A stretch of 64,000 bases of DNA, taken from the NCBI RefSeq assembly GCF_009914755.1, contig NC_060929.1; one strand, given 5' to 3'. Of the stretch, positions 12,990-25,395 are shown in pieces. Source of the stretch: the human T2T-CHM13v2.0 reference genome, Homo sapiens. The notes beneath the pieces were generated by a model, which was given only the letters and a program-made list of their open reading frames with translations, had not been told where the DNA came from and did not search any database. The translations under genes and the position numbers were made by a program. Positions within the stretch are counted from its first letter, which is position 1, and the number at the start of each line of letters is the position of its first letter.

Positions 12990-13171
12990 TTGTCTCCTTT
13001 TTCTATGTCAGGCAATACCAATCCCAAATACCTAGGGATTGGGATTGTCCCCAAATGGTAGGAGCAATTTGGAAGCACATGGAGCAGAGCTAAGTAAGTA
13101 GCTTATGCATACATTTAACAGAAATTCCTAGAGCCCTTGTCTGGTCTCTCAGGCGCCTCACTGATGGTCAG

Positions 13172-13219
13172 TGTGCACATGTACCCTAAAACTTAAAGTA
13201 TAATAATAAAAAAAAAAAA
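13172..13219 (+). mobile_element. Extremely truncated young L1 3' end (L1PA2/3/HS-type) with poly(A)
   Basis: TGTGCACATGTACCCTAAAACTTAAAGTATAATAATAAAAAAAAAAAA. Confidence 0.9.
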
Positions 13220-13380
13220 GAATCATTAAATTGATGGCATGTTTATGGATAGTGGAGTTTCAGAGGAGCATTTTGGAGATATCAAGTAGGCCACTCTCAA
13301 TGGAGTTCTCTGGGTCAGGTGCATGGTTGGTATAATAATATAAATTTGAGAATCATTTGCATAGGAAGAGAGATGGATGG
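13220..13380 (-). mobile_element. L2 fragment, probable continuation of the 11.1-11.9 kb L2
   Basis: GGAGATATCAAGTAGGC and TAAATTTGAGAATCATTTGCATAG resemble antisense L2 consensus. Confidence 0.5.
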
Positions 13381-13500
13381 AGTGAGTTACCATGTAATTT
13401 ATTGCCCAAACCAGAACACTTTAGAAAGTAAAAGTGGTGTTTTTAAAAATCCTACTGAGACAATAGGCAACTGAGGACGTCCTAGAAATGCCAGGAAGAA
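13381..13500. mobile_element. MER94-like hAT MITE
   Basis: ACCATGTAATTTATTGCCCAAACCAGAACACTTTAGAAAGTAAAAG resembles the MER94 start. Confidence 0.45.
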
Positions 13501-15286
13501 AAACTAGCAAAATAATAAAGGAAATACCAGCAAAGAAAGAAACCTGAGATTTGAATGATCTTGTCATAAATTTCTTTACCAATATTTCATCAATGGAAAC
13601 TGGCATTGTTTTGGATTAACATGGCCATATAAAAATCACTGTTATTTGCAACCCATTCAGGTAGGAAAAAAATCAATAACATTGCTTTAAACTAAAATTG
13701 AAAGCCATCCTTTTTTGTTAGGATTGAAACAAATATTGTAGAGTCACTGTTTAGATATTTTTGTCAAGCTTTATTTAATTTTTTTTTTAGTTTTGAAAGG
13801 CTCTTTGTAATTATAACTATAGAAAGTGAACTGATTTTAGATGAGATATATCATTCTTAGTGGCTACTCAGCACCCTTTGACAATTTTTCCTTTCCTTTC
13901 TTTTGACACATGCAATCCAAGGCTCCCTTGCCACTATGTGCCAAGTAGCCTGCTGGGAAGCCTGTTACTTTCAGTTTGAAAGTGACTGTCATGGTTGATA
14001 CTGCTTTTTCCCTTGTCCATCTCTGATATACAAATGATACCTAAGCTATAGGAGCAGTCTGGCATCAGTGAGGGAAAGGCCAAAAATAGATATATTGGAC
14101 CTGAATTATTGAGCTAGTTAGATGGTATTCAGTGTCAGTAGCTATTTTTTTGTTTTGTTTTACAAGTGAGAAAAATGAGCTCCTTTTATTTAAGACACCA
14201 TTTATCAGTTTTTCTATACATTTGCAGCGAAAGCATTTCACAGTGATGCAAAGAGCCAAGAGGTGGTTACTAAGGAACTATTCAAAAAACTCTCTTGCAG
14301 AGAAGTTGCTCAGCATTCATGTTCATGGCCACTGATTTCCTTATGACGGATTTTAACTTCCTATACACTAAAATTTTAATGTTAAGTGATAACTTGAGTC
14401 TGAAAAAAGTCAATCAGGATGTGGAATAATGTTTTGGCAAGAGGAATGACATGACTGGGGCAAATTTGGATACTAATTTTTCATCAGTTCCCTGGATGCT
14501 TCTGAGGGATTCAAATGTACCCTGGTAATGGTTTGACAACACCTGGGTGGTGTTTGTGCGCTCTGGTTTATATACTAATGGAGGCTGTTAATGGTCCTAT
14601 GGGAGTGATTCACAAAATGAATTACACTGCCCATTTTGTTGTTCCAATCTGGATCAGGTAGACAGGATACTGTGGAGGCAGGGATCTACTTTCTACCTCC
14701 TTTTTGCCATTACCAAGCCTGCTGGGTGGAAGATGAGATTCAAGATCAAATCCAATTATATCTAAAATCTCATTCCTATGAAACTTTATGAGAAGGTTTC
14801 ACTGTACTCCACGTCCATACTCAAAACACTTGTGTTCTTTGCAGCAGTAATAGCCTCTCATGATAAGGTTCTGCCTTCCTTAAAAGGTGAGGGATATATG
14901 GCACTCACCTGACTTCCCTTTAACCCATATCCCATGTACTTAGGCTTGTGGGATGGAAGGTAAGTTTAACAAAGAGTACCCTCCTGGTTATATGCTTTTC
15001 TATGAAGGCCACAGTATGGAATCTTCACTGGGCTTTAGTCTTAATTGTCTTAGGTTTTTTTTTTTTTCTCCTTTTCCTAAGAAATCCATTAGGCCAAATA
15101 TTGGTTTTATTTTCTACTACAATGTCTTCTAAATTGGATTCTGTAGTCATGTGCTTAGATAAGTTTGGAAAGGGTAAGCATTAAACGGTTATTTTAATTT
15201 TAAGTCTTCTCAGAATTGTCATTCCTGAGCTTTTAAGATTGGTCGTGTAGAGAACGTTTTAGACACATTTGATCAAACTCTTTCTT

Positions 15287-15297
15287 TTTTTCTTTTT

Positions 15298-15328
<31 letters not shown>

Positions 15329-15603
15329 GAGACGGTGTCTCGCTCTATCACCCAGGCTGTAGTGCGCGATCTCGGCTCACTGCAGGCTCCGCCTCCCGAG
15401 TTCATGCCATTCTGCTGTCTCAGCCTCCCGGGTAGCTGGGACTACAGGAGCCTGCCACCACGGCCGGCTAATTTTTTGTATTTTTAGTAGAGATGGGATT
15501 TCACCGTGTTAGCCAGGAAGGTCTCGATCTCCTGACCTCGTGATCTGCCCGCCTCGGCCTCCCAAAGTGCTGGGATTACAGGCGTGAGCCACCGCGTCCG
15601 GCC
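15287..15603 (-). mobile_element. Full-length AluY
   Basis: Antisense Alu with long poly(T) and AluY-type positions (TTCATGCCATTCT, CGTGTTAGCCAGGA, GACCTCGTGATC); TSD A(T/C)CAAACTCTTTCTT at 15272-15286 and 15604-15618; 6-bp internal deletion near 15364. Confidence 0.97.
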
Positions 15604-15964
15604 ACCAAACTCTTTCTTATGGAGAATATTGTGGAAATAATGTCTCATGAAACACACATGGGATTTTGGCAGATTCATGTGGTAAATTTGGAGGTGTGTT
15701 TTCATTCTGGAATGAGGCAGTACTATTTGCATTCTGCAGCCTCTCTTTTTTGTGTGCGCCCTGTTCAAGTATTAGGTGTTTTCCCTTTCCAACATTTTTG
15801 TATTTGAAGACTAGTATCAAAGGAATCTCATGATATGAACTTGATTGTCAGAGTGGGAAATGCACTACTCAGTTTGAAGAGTCTGAAGCAGCAATCTGGA
15901 GACCCATGGGCTAAATGTACAATATGACGCACTGTCTGACTGAAAAATGAAAAATGCAGTAATG

Positions 15965-16110
15965 AGTGTTAGAGCTGGAAGATACTTAGTTAACTATTTT
16001 ACTCTTCTTATTTTACAAATGAGAAAATTAGTGCTATAGCCTATTCTTGGTTAGCAGCCAGTTAGTGAAAGAACCAGAATTAAAACCATTAGCAAATTAG
16101 TATTTTTTCC
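15965..16110 (-). mobile_element. MIR fragment
   Basis: TTAGAGCTGGAAGA...ATTTTACAAATGAGAAAA. Confidence 0.5.
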
Positions 16111-17559
16111 CATTACAATATTCTTTCTCACAATTCTTATAACATAATAGTACTGTAGTAAATGTTTGTTGAATAAATAAATGATTACATTAATAATAAT
16201 AACTGAATATTTTCTCTAAAGCTGTCTGCCTATATTTTCCTTCAACATCTCTAGAATCGTTCTCCTATAGTATTTTATAGCCTATCCTTCTAAATCGTAA
16301 TTATTCGGATATCAAGTGAATTAATTTGTCATCCAAGTTTTTTCTTAATAGTCATAAAAATCAACACTTTATTTCAGAATTCTTCCACAGTTACCCATAA
16401 GGGAAATAAGAAAGAAACTGTATGGCATGGATGCTTGATAATAAAGATGGAACTGAGACTGATAAAGTATTCTTTGAGAACAAATTTCTCACTCCTGCTT
16501 CACACTCTCTCCTACAACTAATGCCTAAAGTGGCTTTTGTCACTTACAGATGCACCATCATGATAGCCAAATGAGTTCACAGTAGACATTTCTCTGGTGT
16601 TCTTAATTTGTGAAGTCGCAGTGGCCTCTAAATCACTGGACCCACACTTCCCTCTTATGGTCTTTCATCATTGTGTTTTCTGGGAACAAGTAGCACACGC
16701 TGACCTTTTTGTATTCTATTTGGGAACAAGACCTGTATTCAATCAGAATGACCAAGCCTGACCAAGTCTGACATTTTAGTTTAACCATTCATCCAAATCT
16801 GAATTAAGAGACCCATATGTGTGAATGCAAAGACACATCTGCATGCTATTGGGTGAGCAAATTTGTATATCTGTGTATCAAACAGGCATATAATGAAAGT
16901 CACAAACATTAGGTAAAAAAGCTATACCAATGCACTGTGACCTTTTTGGTGGATATAATGTCCTTAGTAATCTAAGACTTTGAAGAGAGTCACTCTCAAG
17001 TTGGCAGAAGGAGGTCAGAAAGAAGCTACTACACATTCTATAGTGACATGCTCCCCAAAGGAGAGTGAAAACGCTTCAGAAAGATAAGTTGAGTACTATG
17101 AATTCTCTTCATATGGAATGTAGTGTGCATCTGAACCTCTTCTTTACAAGTGCTCCCAATTTCTCCCAGCTGTTTCATACCTGCTACTGTCTCATTCTAA
17201 GCCTCACTCCAGGGTTTTGATTACTGACATTCATAAGGTTAACTCATTTGTATAAATAGCTTGATGTCTCATGACAACCTACTGTGTTCAAGATATGAGT
17301 ATGCAATATTTTGGCAACTATTCCTGATGCTGAGTTTTACTTTTACATTCTTTAAGTAGTGGTGCTCTTTTTGTTAAGTAAGAAAAAAAACGACCCGCAA
17401 ACCTCTTTATGAACTATACAAAGTAACCAATTCTGTCAAGGTAATCTCATAAGCAAACAGAAAATGATGTCCGAAATGATATAATTCAGTGTGACTCAAA
17501 AAACCTTCTGCCTTAAAACAGCTGTTTTTTTTTTTTTTACATTTTCAGTTTGTTTTGGG

Positions 17560-17598
17560 GTGTGTGTGTGTGTTTATGTGTGTGTGTGCACGTATGTG
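17560..17598. repeat. Interrupted (TG)n microsatellite
   Basis: GTGTGTGTGTGTGTTTATGTGTGTGTGTGCACGTATGTG. Confidence 0.85.
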
Positions 17599-20500
17599 CA
17601 AAAATGCTCAAATTAGTCATGATTTAGTGTGAAACGTTTCTTTCATGTGGTTCTCTTTTAAAACAGAAAGCTTTAAGAGAGAGTGAAATAGTAAGCTCTT
17701 GATATTCTACAGTCAATAAACTTATGAGGTATTTTTCTCATCTGAGGAAAATGAAATTGAAATATTGAGTTTAGAGACACCAAAGACAGTTTTTGTTAAT
17801 TTTCAAAAGTTTAAAATAACAAAACTTTGGAATTGGAAAGAATGAACCCATACTTAATAGTCTTAATTTGTATTTGTGGGCGTTTGATATATCTTGAGGA
17901 TACCATTAAGAGTAGGAAATAGTCTTTTCACATATTGAGGTGGGTTAAGTGGAGTCCTCATCACTTAATTGTAAGAAGTATATTAATTTAATAGATGCAA
18001 AGTCAATAGCACTCAAACTACCATTTAAGTCAACTCACCCTTTATTCTTATATCCTGCACTTGATACTCAATAAGTTGAATCAAAGATGATTTTCAAAGT
18101 GAGTTGACAGTGGTCAGATTTCTTTTATAATCGGGTGCCAAGACGATTATGCACACATCACATTTACAGAGGCCTTCTTCTCAAGTAGTAATTTCTATAA
18201 CACTGGTTAGAAAAAAGTAGACAAGATGTGATTTTTGAGTACAGGTTCTCAAAAAAAATGTGCAAAGCTGGAATGTAATTGTAGGCTGTATTATTAACTC
18301 AAAGGCTGGCATCATTTCAGCATAAAAAAATAACAGTTATGGGAATGAGGACCCCCTTTTTTTAATCATGAAAGAGCTTGTGTATGGATATTATGAGGGA
18401 TTTTCCCGAGCCTTATTCTTAAACAGATTACACTATTCAAAGTCTCAAAGAATCAAAATCGTGCTCAGCTGGGGCAGTCAATGTGCAGTCTAAACATGTG
18501 ACAGATGCAGAGAAAACTTCAAAGATGCCATTACAAATGCCTGTGGAGATATTTAAGGAGCCAGATGCTACTGTTTCATGTCTTCCGCAGCTCTGAATGT
18601 GTCCTGTGATCACCTTCCAAAGAGGAGGTGTGGTTCAATATGGTGAGGAACAGAATGCCACCTAATCTTTTTGTTGTTATTGTTTGCATACATTGTATGG
18701 TTGGGATGTGAGGGTTTGGGATTAATGATGCTAACAGGGAGGATATGTATATGAATTTACTGTTCCTTATAAAAACATGAAGGCACAACTGCAGCGAAAT
18801 ATGTATATGATATATTCTGTGAGAGCTCTCCTGTCTAAAAAAACATGATTTATAGGTGTGTATTGCCATGGAAGCACTTTTTTTCTTTAACTTTCACCAT
18901 TTATTTAGACACTAAAAGAGGTAATAAATATATTCATTATGGTTGGTGTTTTATTTCCAATTTTGTTTTGATGTTGAAAAATAAATTACTTGAGACAACA
19001 TATTATTAAGTACATGTTTCATTTTCATCACTATTGCATTCTGGAGAAGAACTTAAATAATATTTTGAGATAGAATGAAGCCCCAGGTAAATATAAAAGT
19101 GGTGAGATTTAACAAAAATTCTACAAAACACCACCTTCCTTTATTTTATATGGGTTCTTTATTTTTAAAGTTTTCTTCTCCATAATAGACTATGGGAGAG
19201 AGTTTATTCTATTTCAACTTTAAAAAATACAATTTCATAGGCTTATTATTCCAAATAGAATAAAGGGAAAATAAGGACAACTTCTAGGAAAGATAGAATA
19301 TAGCAAATAAAACAAACCAAAACATTTGAGTCACTATGTAATGTTGAGCATATTTTTTACATTGCAAAGTGATTCTGTCCAAATTTATTCTTTTTAATTA
19401 CATGTATGATTTATCCTAGCCTATCTTCTGTTAGATCAAACCTATGGAGAGATTATTTTATTAATTTCTGAATTGAAATTTGTGGCTTATTATAAAAAAC
19501 TTATATACATAATTGTCTACATGTAAAGGGATGGCCATAAGTGGAAAATAAATAGCAAAGGATATTTTTCTTTCTAATGTAAACATCTGGCAGTAATCCT
19601 TGCTTACACAATTAATGGGCATTTAATTGGCAATGATCAGTTTATTGCTGCAATATGAAGTGAATGTTTCCCCAGGAACAAACAGCTGTTGCAAGAATTT
19701 CACAGTGATTTAGCAAACACCAGGTGATAGCTGTATCTAGAATGAAGTGCTCTGTCTCTCAGCAAATCACAGTGCACTGGAAAAGAAAAGAAAAAACAAA
19801 ACTAGGTTAAAAGTAGCATAGCTGGAGAGACTGATTGTCATTGACATTAAAATCTATCCAAAGACCAAACTTAATAAAACAACAGATTAATTACATTAGA
19901 TGGTATTCAGGTATTCGTGCCTCAAATAAAAAGAAAGAAAGAATTTCTCTAAGAAGCTAATACTAAGTTGGCATGACATTCATCTATTTAAAAGTAGTAT
20001 TTTATGTCTTATTTTAGAGATATAACAGTTGATGAGATGTGTTTTTGTATTCTAATATTTTATCGTTTTATAAGTCTTAGAAAATTTGATAGTCATGATT
20101 CTAATTTTTTGATTAAAAAGTTATTGAAGTCATTCAATGGTTACTGACAATTGTATTTGTCTTAATAGATTTTATTCAACTGTCTCAAATTAAATGTACC
20201 ACTTTTTAATTTGCATTGCTTGTGCGCTGCTTTCCCATTAAGTTTTAAATAAAAAGTTTTTCATTTTTCATTATGCACTCTTATTACTAATTTAATAAAA
20301 TGATAATAGCTATGCAAACTTTCTGTTACTACTCAGCTTTTGGCATAGATTAAATTATACATTTTAAATGCAGCACACTGGCAGACACTGTGATTTCATA
20401 AAGCTGAGTTTCATTAGTGAAGAAAGTAATTTTGCTTTAGCAAAAAAAATGCTTTTATTTACTATGCTATTTAGTATTAGCTCATGCTAGAGTCTATGAA

Positions 20501-23140
20501 CAATGAACTCAAATGAACAAAGCATCAAGGGCCAATTTACAGAACAATGCTTTTATTTTTTCATGCATGCATTCTGCAATAATTCATCTCCATGACAAAA
20601 GCAGACAATCAATCATCTTCTATTGTGCCTTTCTCAATAAAATTACCATTCTTGATGTAACAAAAGAAAGCTGCCTAAGTAACAGGAACAGTTTTACATG
20701 CTCAAATCAATAAATTGACCATACTTCAAAAAACCTTTACCCATTAATATGACAATGCAGTTTTATGTTTAACTTATCCGTATTAGTATTAAATTTTTGT
20801 TAAGTTCCATTGTTCCTTTTTTTTCATTCAAGAAAATGAAAAATTTAAGAAAGTATTTTAAAGGAATGCTTCCAATTGTTTCAGGGACAAAACTTTCTGG
20901 CCTGAGAGTATTGAAATACTATCATCTTGTAATTTTATGTAAGTTGAAATATGTCACATTTAGCAAATGAAATTCCTGTATGTGTAACTCTTAAAATCAT
21001 ATGGCATCTATATACTACTACAAAATGTGTTGTGAAATCATGTAAAAATAGCAGATTTAAGTTGATCTTGTAATACATGGTATGGTTCCTAAAGTAAGAT
21101 GTTTATATTGTAGAGTATGTTAAACGAAACAACTTGTCCACATATTTCAAAAAGTGTAATATGTAAATATGATGTAAAGAAAACTTAAGTTCAAAGGTTA
21201 AGTACAAATTTCCACAGCAGGAAAATCATGAGGAAATGTTATAGATATAGCTACATACCCATTGTGAATAACTACCTATTTTATTTTCAACTAGAATGGT
21301 CCCATAAAAAAGCAAAGACTTTAGAAATTTACTAGCTAATGTAGAGTACAATACAGAGATATGTATTTTGCTTTCATATGATTTATGAATGCAACACTAT
21401 TTTTGGCCTAAAGTCTTAAAGAAATCCAATGGAATTACAACAAAATTCTTAGATTAAAATATGAATAGTTCCAAATAACCTACCAAAGCAACAGGATTAA
21501 TTTGAGCTAATAACACTCATGCCATTAACCACTCCAAAATTCATAGCACTTTAGAACCTCTGAAGACTTTCTATAATTGTATTTTTTTTTAATTTTTTAG
21601 TTAATGAGGCCAGGCCATAACATGTTTCAAGAAAACGAAATCCTTTGCTACAGAAATGCAAATGCAGTGGCTTAGTATCTAAAATACTATAGAGTATAAA
21701 TGACTGAGAATAGTTTTATTGCAGTTCATAGGCCATTACAATATTCATAGTTCACAGTAGTTTATACATCAATTATCTAATTAAATTCTGAATATTATCT
21801 GCTCATAATATTAGTGGTTTCTGAATTTACAGTATCTTCATGGATTAATTCACCATGTCACAAGAATGGCATTCTAAATTTGAGAGTAAAAAATAAATTA
21901 CTGTATATTTTGTCAGATTTTTTAACCACTAGCAATTAATTTGAAAAATTGCAATAAAAAGTACTCCTATAATGGAAAGTTTAAAGTAAGCATTGAAAAT
22001 TTTACTACACTCTATTGTAAATTAAATGTGTTAAAGAAAATATTGGGTCATAATAGACTTGAAAGCTTTTTTTTAATCTTGTTTTCTTTTCCCTATGAAT
22101 CTGTTAATTCATGTTTATTGAGTTCCAGGTTAGTGGGATGTAATGAGTTATCTACTGAGAGAGATTTATTATTAACAGTCAGCTCTTATGAAAAATATTT
22201 TTTATTTACGTGTTATTCTAACTCAATTCAAAGGAACTTATTTCAGGGAATACCGGAAAGTCATTTTATGTTGGATACTTCATTTTTGTCTTAACGATCC
22301 TTAGCTATAGTTGCTGAAGAAAGGAAAAGCAGAAGATATAATTCAACAAGAAAACATAATGTTGTTTGTCATACCATGACAACCATATTGCTGAATTTTC
22401 TTGAACTGTAACTTAGCTTCATAGAGACTTTATGCCAGGGATCAAGATTTGATTTTTTTTCCACATGTAGAAACTTTACAGCTCTACCAGTCAATTGCTT
22501 TCTCTAGTAGCCATCTCAGACTCTTTCCCACACTCCCATATCCTCTCTCCCTTTCTCTTTCTTTCCTTTCCCCTCCTCCTTCCCTAATGCTGCCAGATCA
22601 ACTAAAGTGTAATGAACAACGTACCTAGGATTTCCTTACAACCTTCACTTTGAAGGCAGAATGGAGGGCCCCTGAAACTCCCATCAAGTGCCATTTCATT
22701 AGCCCTGGGACTTTGTTTAAATTACGTAGCCATTACTACTGTCTGTGAAAGCCCTTGGTTTCTTTCTTTTATGGATTGTAATATTTATTTCTAACACACC
22801 TTTCAACAGCAAAGCTGAAGAAATAAAGTCACCTATGCTGGAAGGTATATAAACCAAGAGGATTCTATCAAAATTTGAAGTGTTTTTGTTTTGTTTTGTT
22901 TTGTTTTTTTGCCCCACTTTAACAGCCTTATTCAGATCAGTAGAGTGCTTCTTATTTTGGGCTGTACTTTCACTGAATCTTAATCCTGGCTAATCTGTCC
23001 TTGTTAGTAAGATATTGGTTTGAAATTACAGTTTTTGAAAAAATTTTGGCAGATAATACAAGTTAAAATCATAATTATTAGAGAAAAATCCAGGCTGACC
23101 TTTTTGACCAATCAACTTGCACCTTGAGATTAGTGTACTG

Positions 23141-23327
23141 TAGAGCCTCTCACACTTTAGTGAGCATCAGATTCACCTGGAGGGCTTATTAAAACACAGT
23201 TCACTAGCCCCCACTCCAAGAGTTTCTAATTCAGCAGAAGAGTGGGTGGCAGAGAATTTGCCTTTCTAACAAATTCCTATGGTGTGCTGATACTGCTGGT
23301 CTGGAGACAAGAGTTTGAGAACCACTG
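23141..23327 (-). mobile_element. MER5A hAT-Charlie MITE
   Basis: GCATCAGATTCACCTGGAGGGCTTATTAAAACACAG...TTTGAGAACCACTG. Confidence 0.88.
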
Positions 23328-23779
23328 TTGTGTTAGTCGATCTAAAAGATATTTTACATCTTACATTTGTGAACCCTAAAATCTAGTGAATATATCACAT
23401 CATGTTGGGGTTTCTAAAAAAAACATGACTTAATAGTTTGCCAAAGACTACATTATTTTGTATAATATGAACAGCATGCTTAATGTTTTTGACTCAGGCA
23501 GTTTGTGCCTTCAGGCTGATGTCACCAAATCCTAAACTTATTCTGCAAAGCTGGGTATTTTTACCAGATGTTGCTTTTGGAGATTAAAATTATTTATAAA
23601 CCATAGTTGTCAAAGTTCTGATTAAAGACAAATTTCTTTTTACACTTGTACTTCAACAAAGTCAAGATTTGTAATGCCTTGACTCGTACTTTTCTTTCTT
23701 ATAATTAAATCTTCCTGCCTCTACCTGCTTTGCTACCCAGTGGAGAATGTGCATCATATCACTTCAATCACTCTCTTGC

Positions 23780-24745
23780 CAATTATCTCCTTTCTGATTT
23801 CTGTTAGCTCTTCAAAAATCTAACTCTAAATACTTTCAATTATCTCTCTTTCCCTAAACTATACACAGTCTGCTGAGTGCTGATGAAAAGAAAATCACAC
23901 TGCATAACCACCACAAATCTATGACCTCCAATCTCAACTGGGTCCATCTTGCTATCTCTAGCAGCCCTTTCTTCAGTTGCTTTTTTTTTTTTAACCTGCT
24001 GTACCTATTCTAAAACTTATCTTTCAAATTTACTAGGCAACCACAATATTCATCACTCTGCGAATATCTGCTTTACAGAGAAAGTGCTAGAAATTAAATA
24101 AAACACTCTCTATCGTCATATTCACCCTTACCTCCAACAAGAAGAAAGAGAAAGTTCTCATTCTTAAAGCAAATCCATTTTCAGTGTTTTGGATGTACCT
24201 CTTCATAAGACCTCATTTCCTTGATTATTCCCCATTCCAACCATATATTTCTTTTTCTCTCCACTTTCTTAATATCAGCATTAAAACCATAGTTAAATTT
24301 CTTCCAGTTTTTCCATGTTTCTTTTTTCTAGAGACCCACCTTCTCATCCTTTCCCTGGCACACTTATTAAAGGATTTGCCTCGTCTCATCCTCACCACTT
24401 CTAATCTATTTAGATTAGCCACTTCTCAGCTCATGGCTAACAACTCTCTTCTAGAAATATCTTCTTTCCTTACCTTCTCCTACATTTTGACTGCTTTTTT
24501 TCACTCTATCTATTCTTCAGATACTGTTCTATTTGCTGGTTTCCCAAAGCAGGGTGATCTCAACACCCAGTCTTTGTTATATTTTCAAATATAGCTTCCA
24601 GCCTGCTTTACTCCTTGAATACAAACCGGTGTATCCAACTACCAACTGGAGATCTTTCCTAGAAGTCCCACACTCTCTCCAAATTAAACTTATCATCTTG
24701 TTCCCTAAAACATGCTTCTTATCATGTGGGTTTTTAATTCCATGA
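23780..24745 (+). mobile_element. Degenerate L2 body
   Basis: Pyrimidine-rich, with L2 motifs such as TATCCAACTACCAACTGGAGATCT and CCAAATTAAACTTATCATCTT. Confidence 0.55.
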
Positions 24746-24754
24746 AAATGTAGG

Positions 24755-24880
24755 ATAACACAGTATATAATATTTTACTTGGAGCCAACAGGTCATAGAG
24801 TGCCACACTGCCACTACGTGAGTTGGTATAAGTCACACCACTACATCTCTGTTTCTTCTCTGTAATATTAGAATAACAAA
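24755..24880 (+). mobile_element. MIR fragment
   Basis: TGGAGCCAACAG...CTGCCACT...CTCTGTTTCTTCTCTGTAA. Confidence 0.45.
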
Positions 24881-25224
24881 ATACACAAAAATATTTATAT
24901 TTTGTTTTACATAAATTATTTTTTCAGATACTTTAATGTTACTGCTTTATAAAAATGGTGCTTGACTTGCTTAAAAAAAGCTAACATATATTCAAGACAT
25001 AGACACAGTTAGGCTTGTGGCTAAGCAAAACTAGAGATAACAGGAGCAGCAAAAATAAGAACCATAAGGAGAACTTAATAGAATTGAGCTATTAATTTTA
25101 GGGAAGGAGGGAAAGCCATAACTTAATGGCCTATGTGACATGATTGGATCAACAATAGTAATGATTTATCTTATCCAGTGACTATTGAACAGAAAAGTGT
25201 GGACCAGATAAAGAGAGATTATGA

Positions 25225-25395
25225 TTATATATTAATACATATTTTCTGACAGTGAGAATTATTAAACATTGTAATGAGTTGCTTTGGAGGTCTCTAAGAA
25301 TTGGATAGATTTTCACTAGTCCTGCAAGATCCTGACACGTGAAATTGCATAGGGATATAGTAAGTACTCCTGAGGCACCTTCATAATTCTATGAC
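25225..25395 (+). mobile_element. Possible L3/CR1 3' fragment
   Basis: TTTCTGACAGTGAGAATTATTAAACATTGTAATGAGTTGC resembles CR1/L3 consensus. Confidence 0.35.

Noticed and set aside
12312-13093. ORFs of 82-125 aa with protein-like sequence
   Set aside because: Fragments of L1 ORF2p and 3'UTR from the inverted L1, not a host gene
22366-22382. Hairpin TTGTCAT-ACC-ATGACAA
   Set aside because: A 7-bp stem is expected by chance and is too short for a pre-miRNA
21941-24594. 117-aa and 136-aa ORFs in AT-rich DNA
   Set aside because: Non-ATG starts, F/L/I/S-biased composition, no recognisable domain; the second overlaps L2
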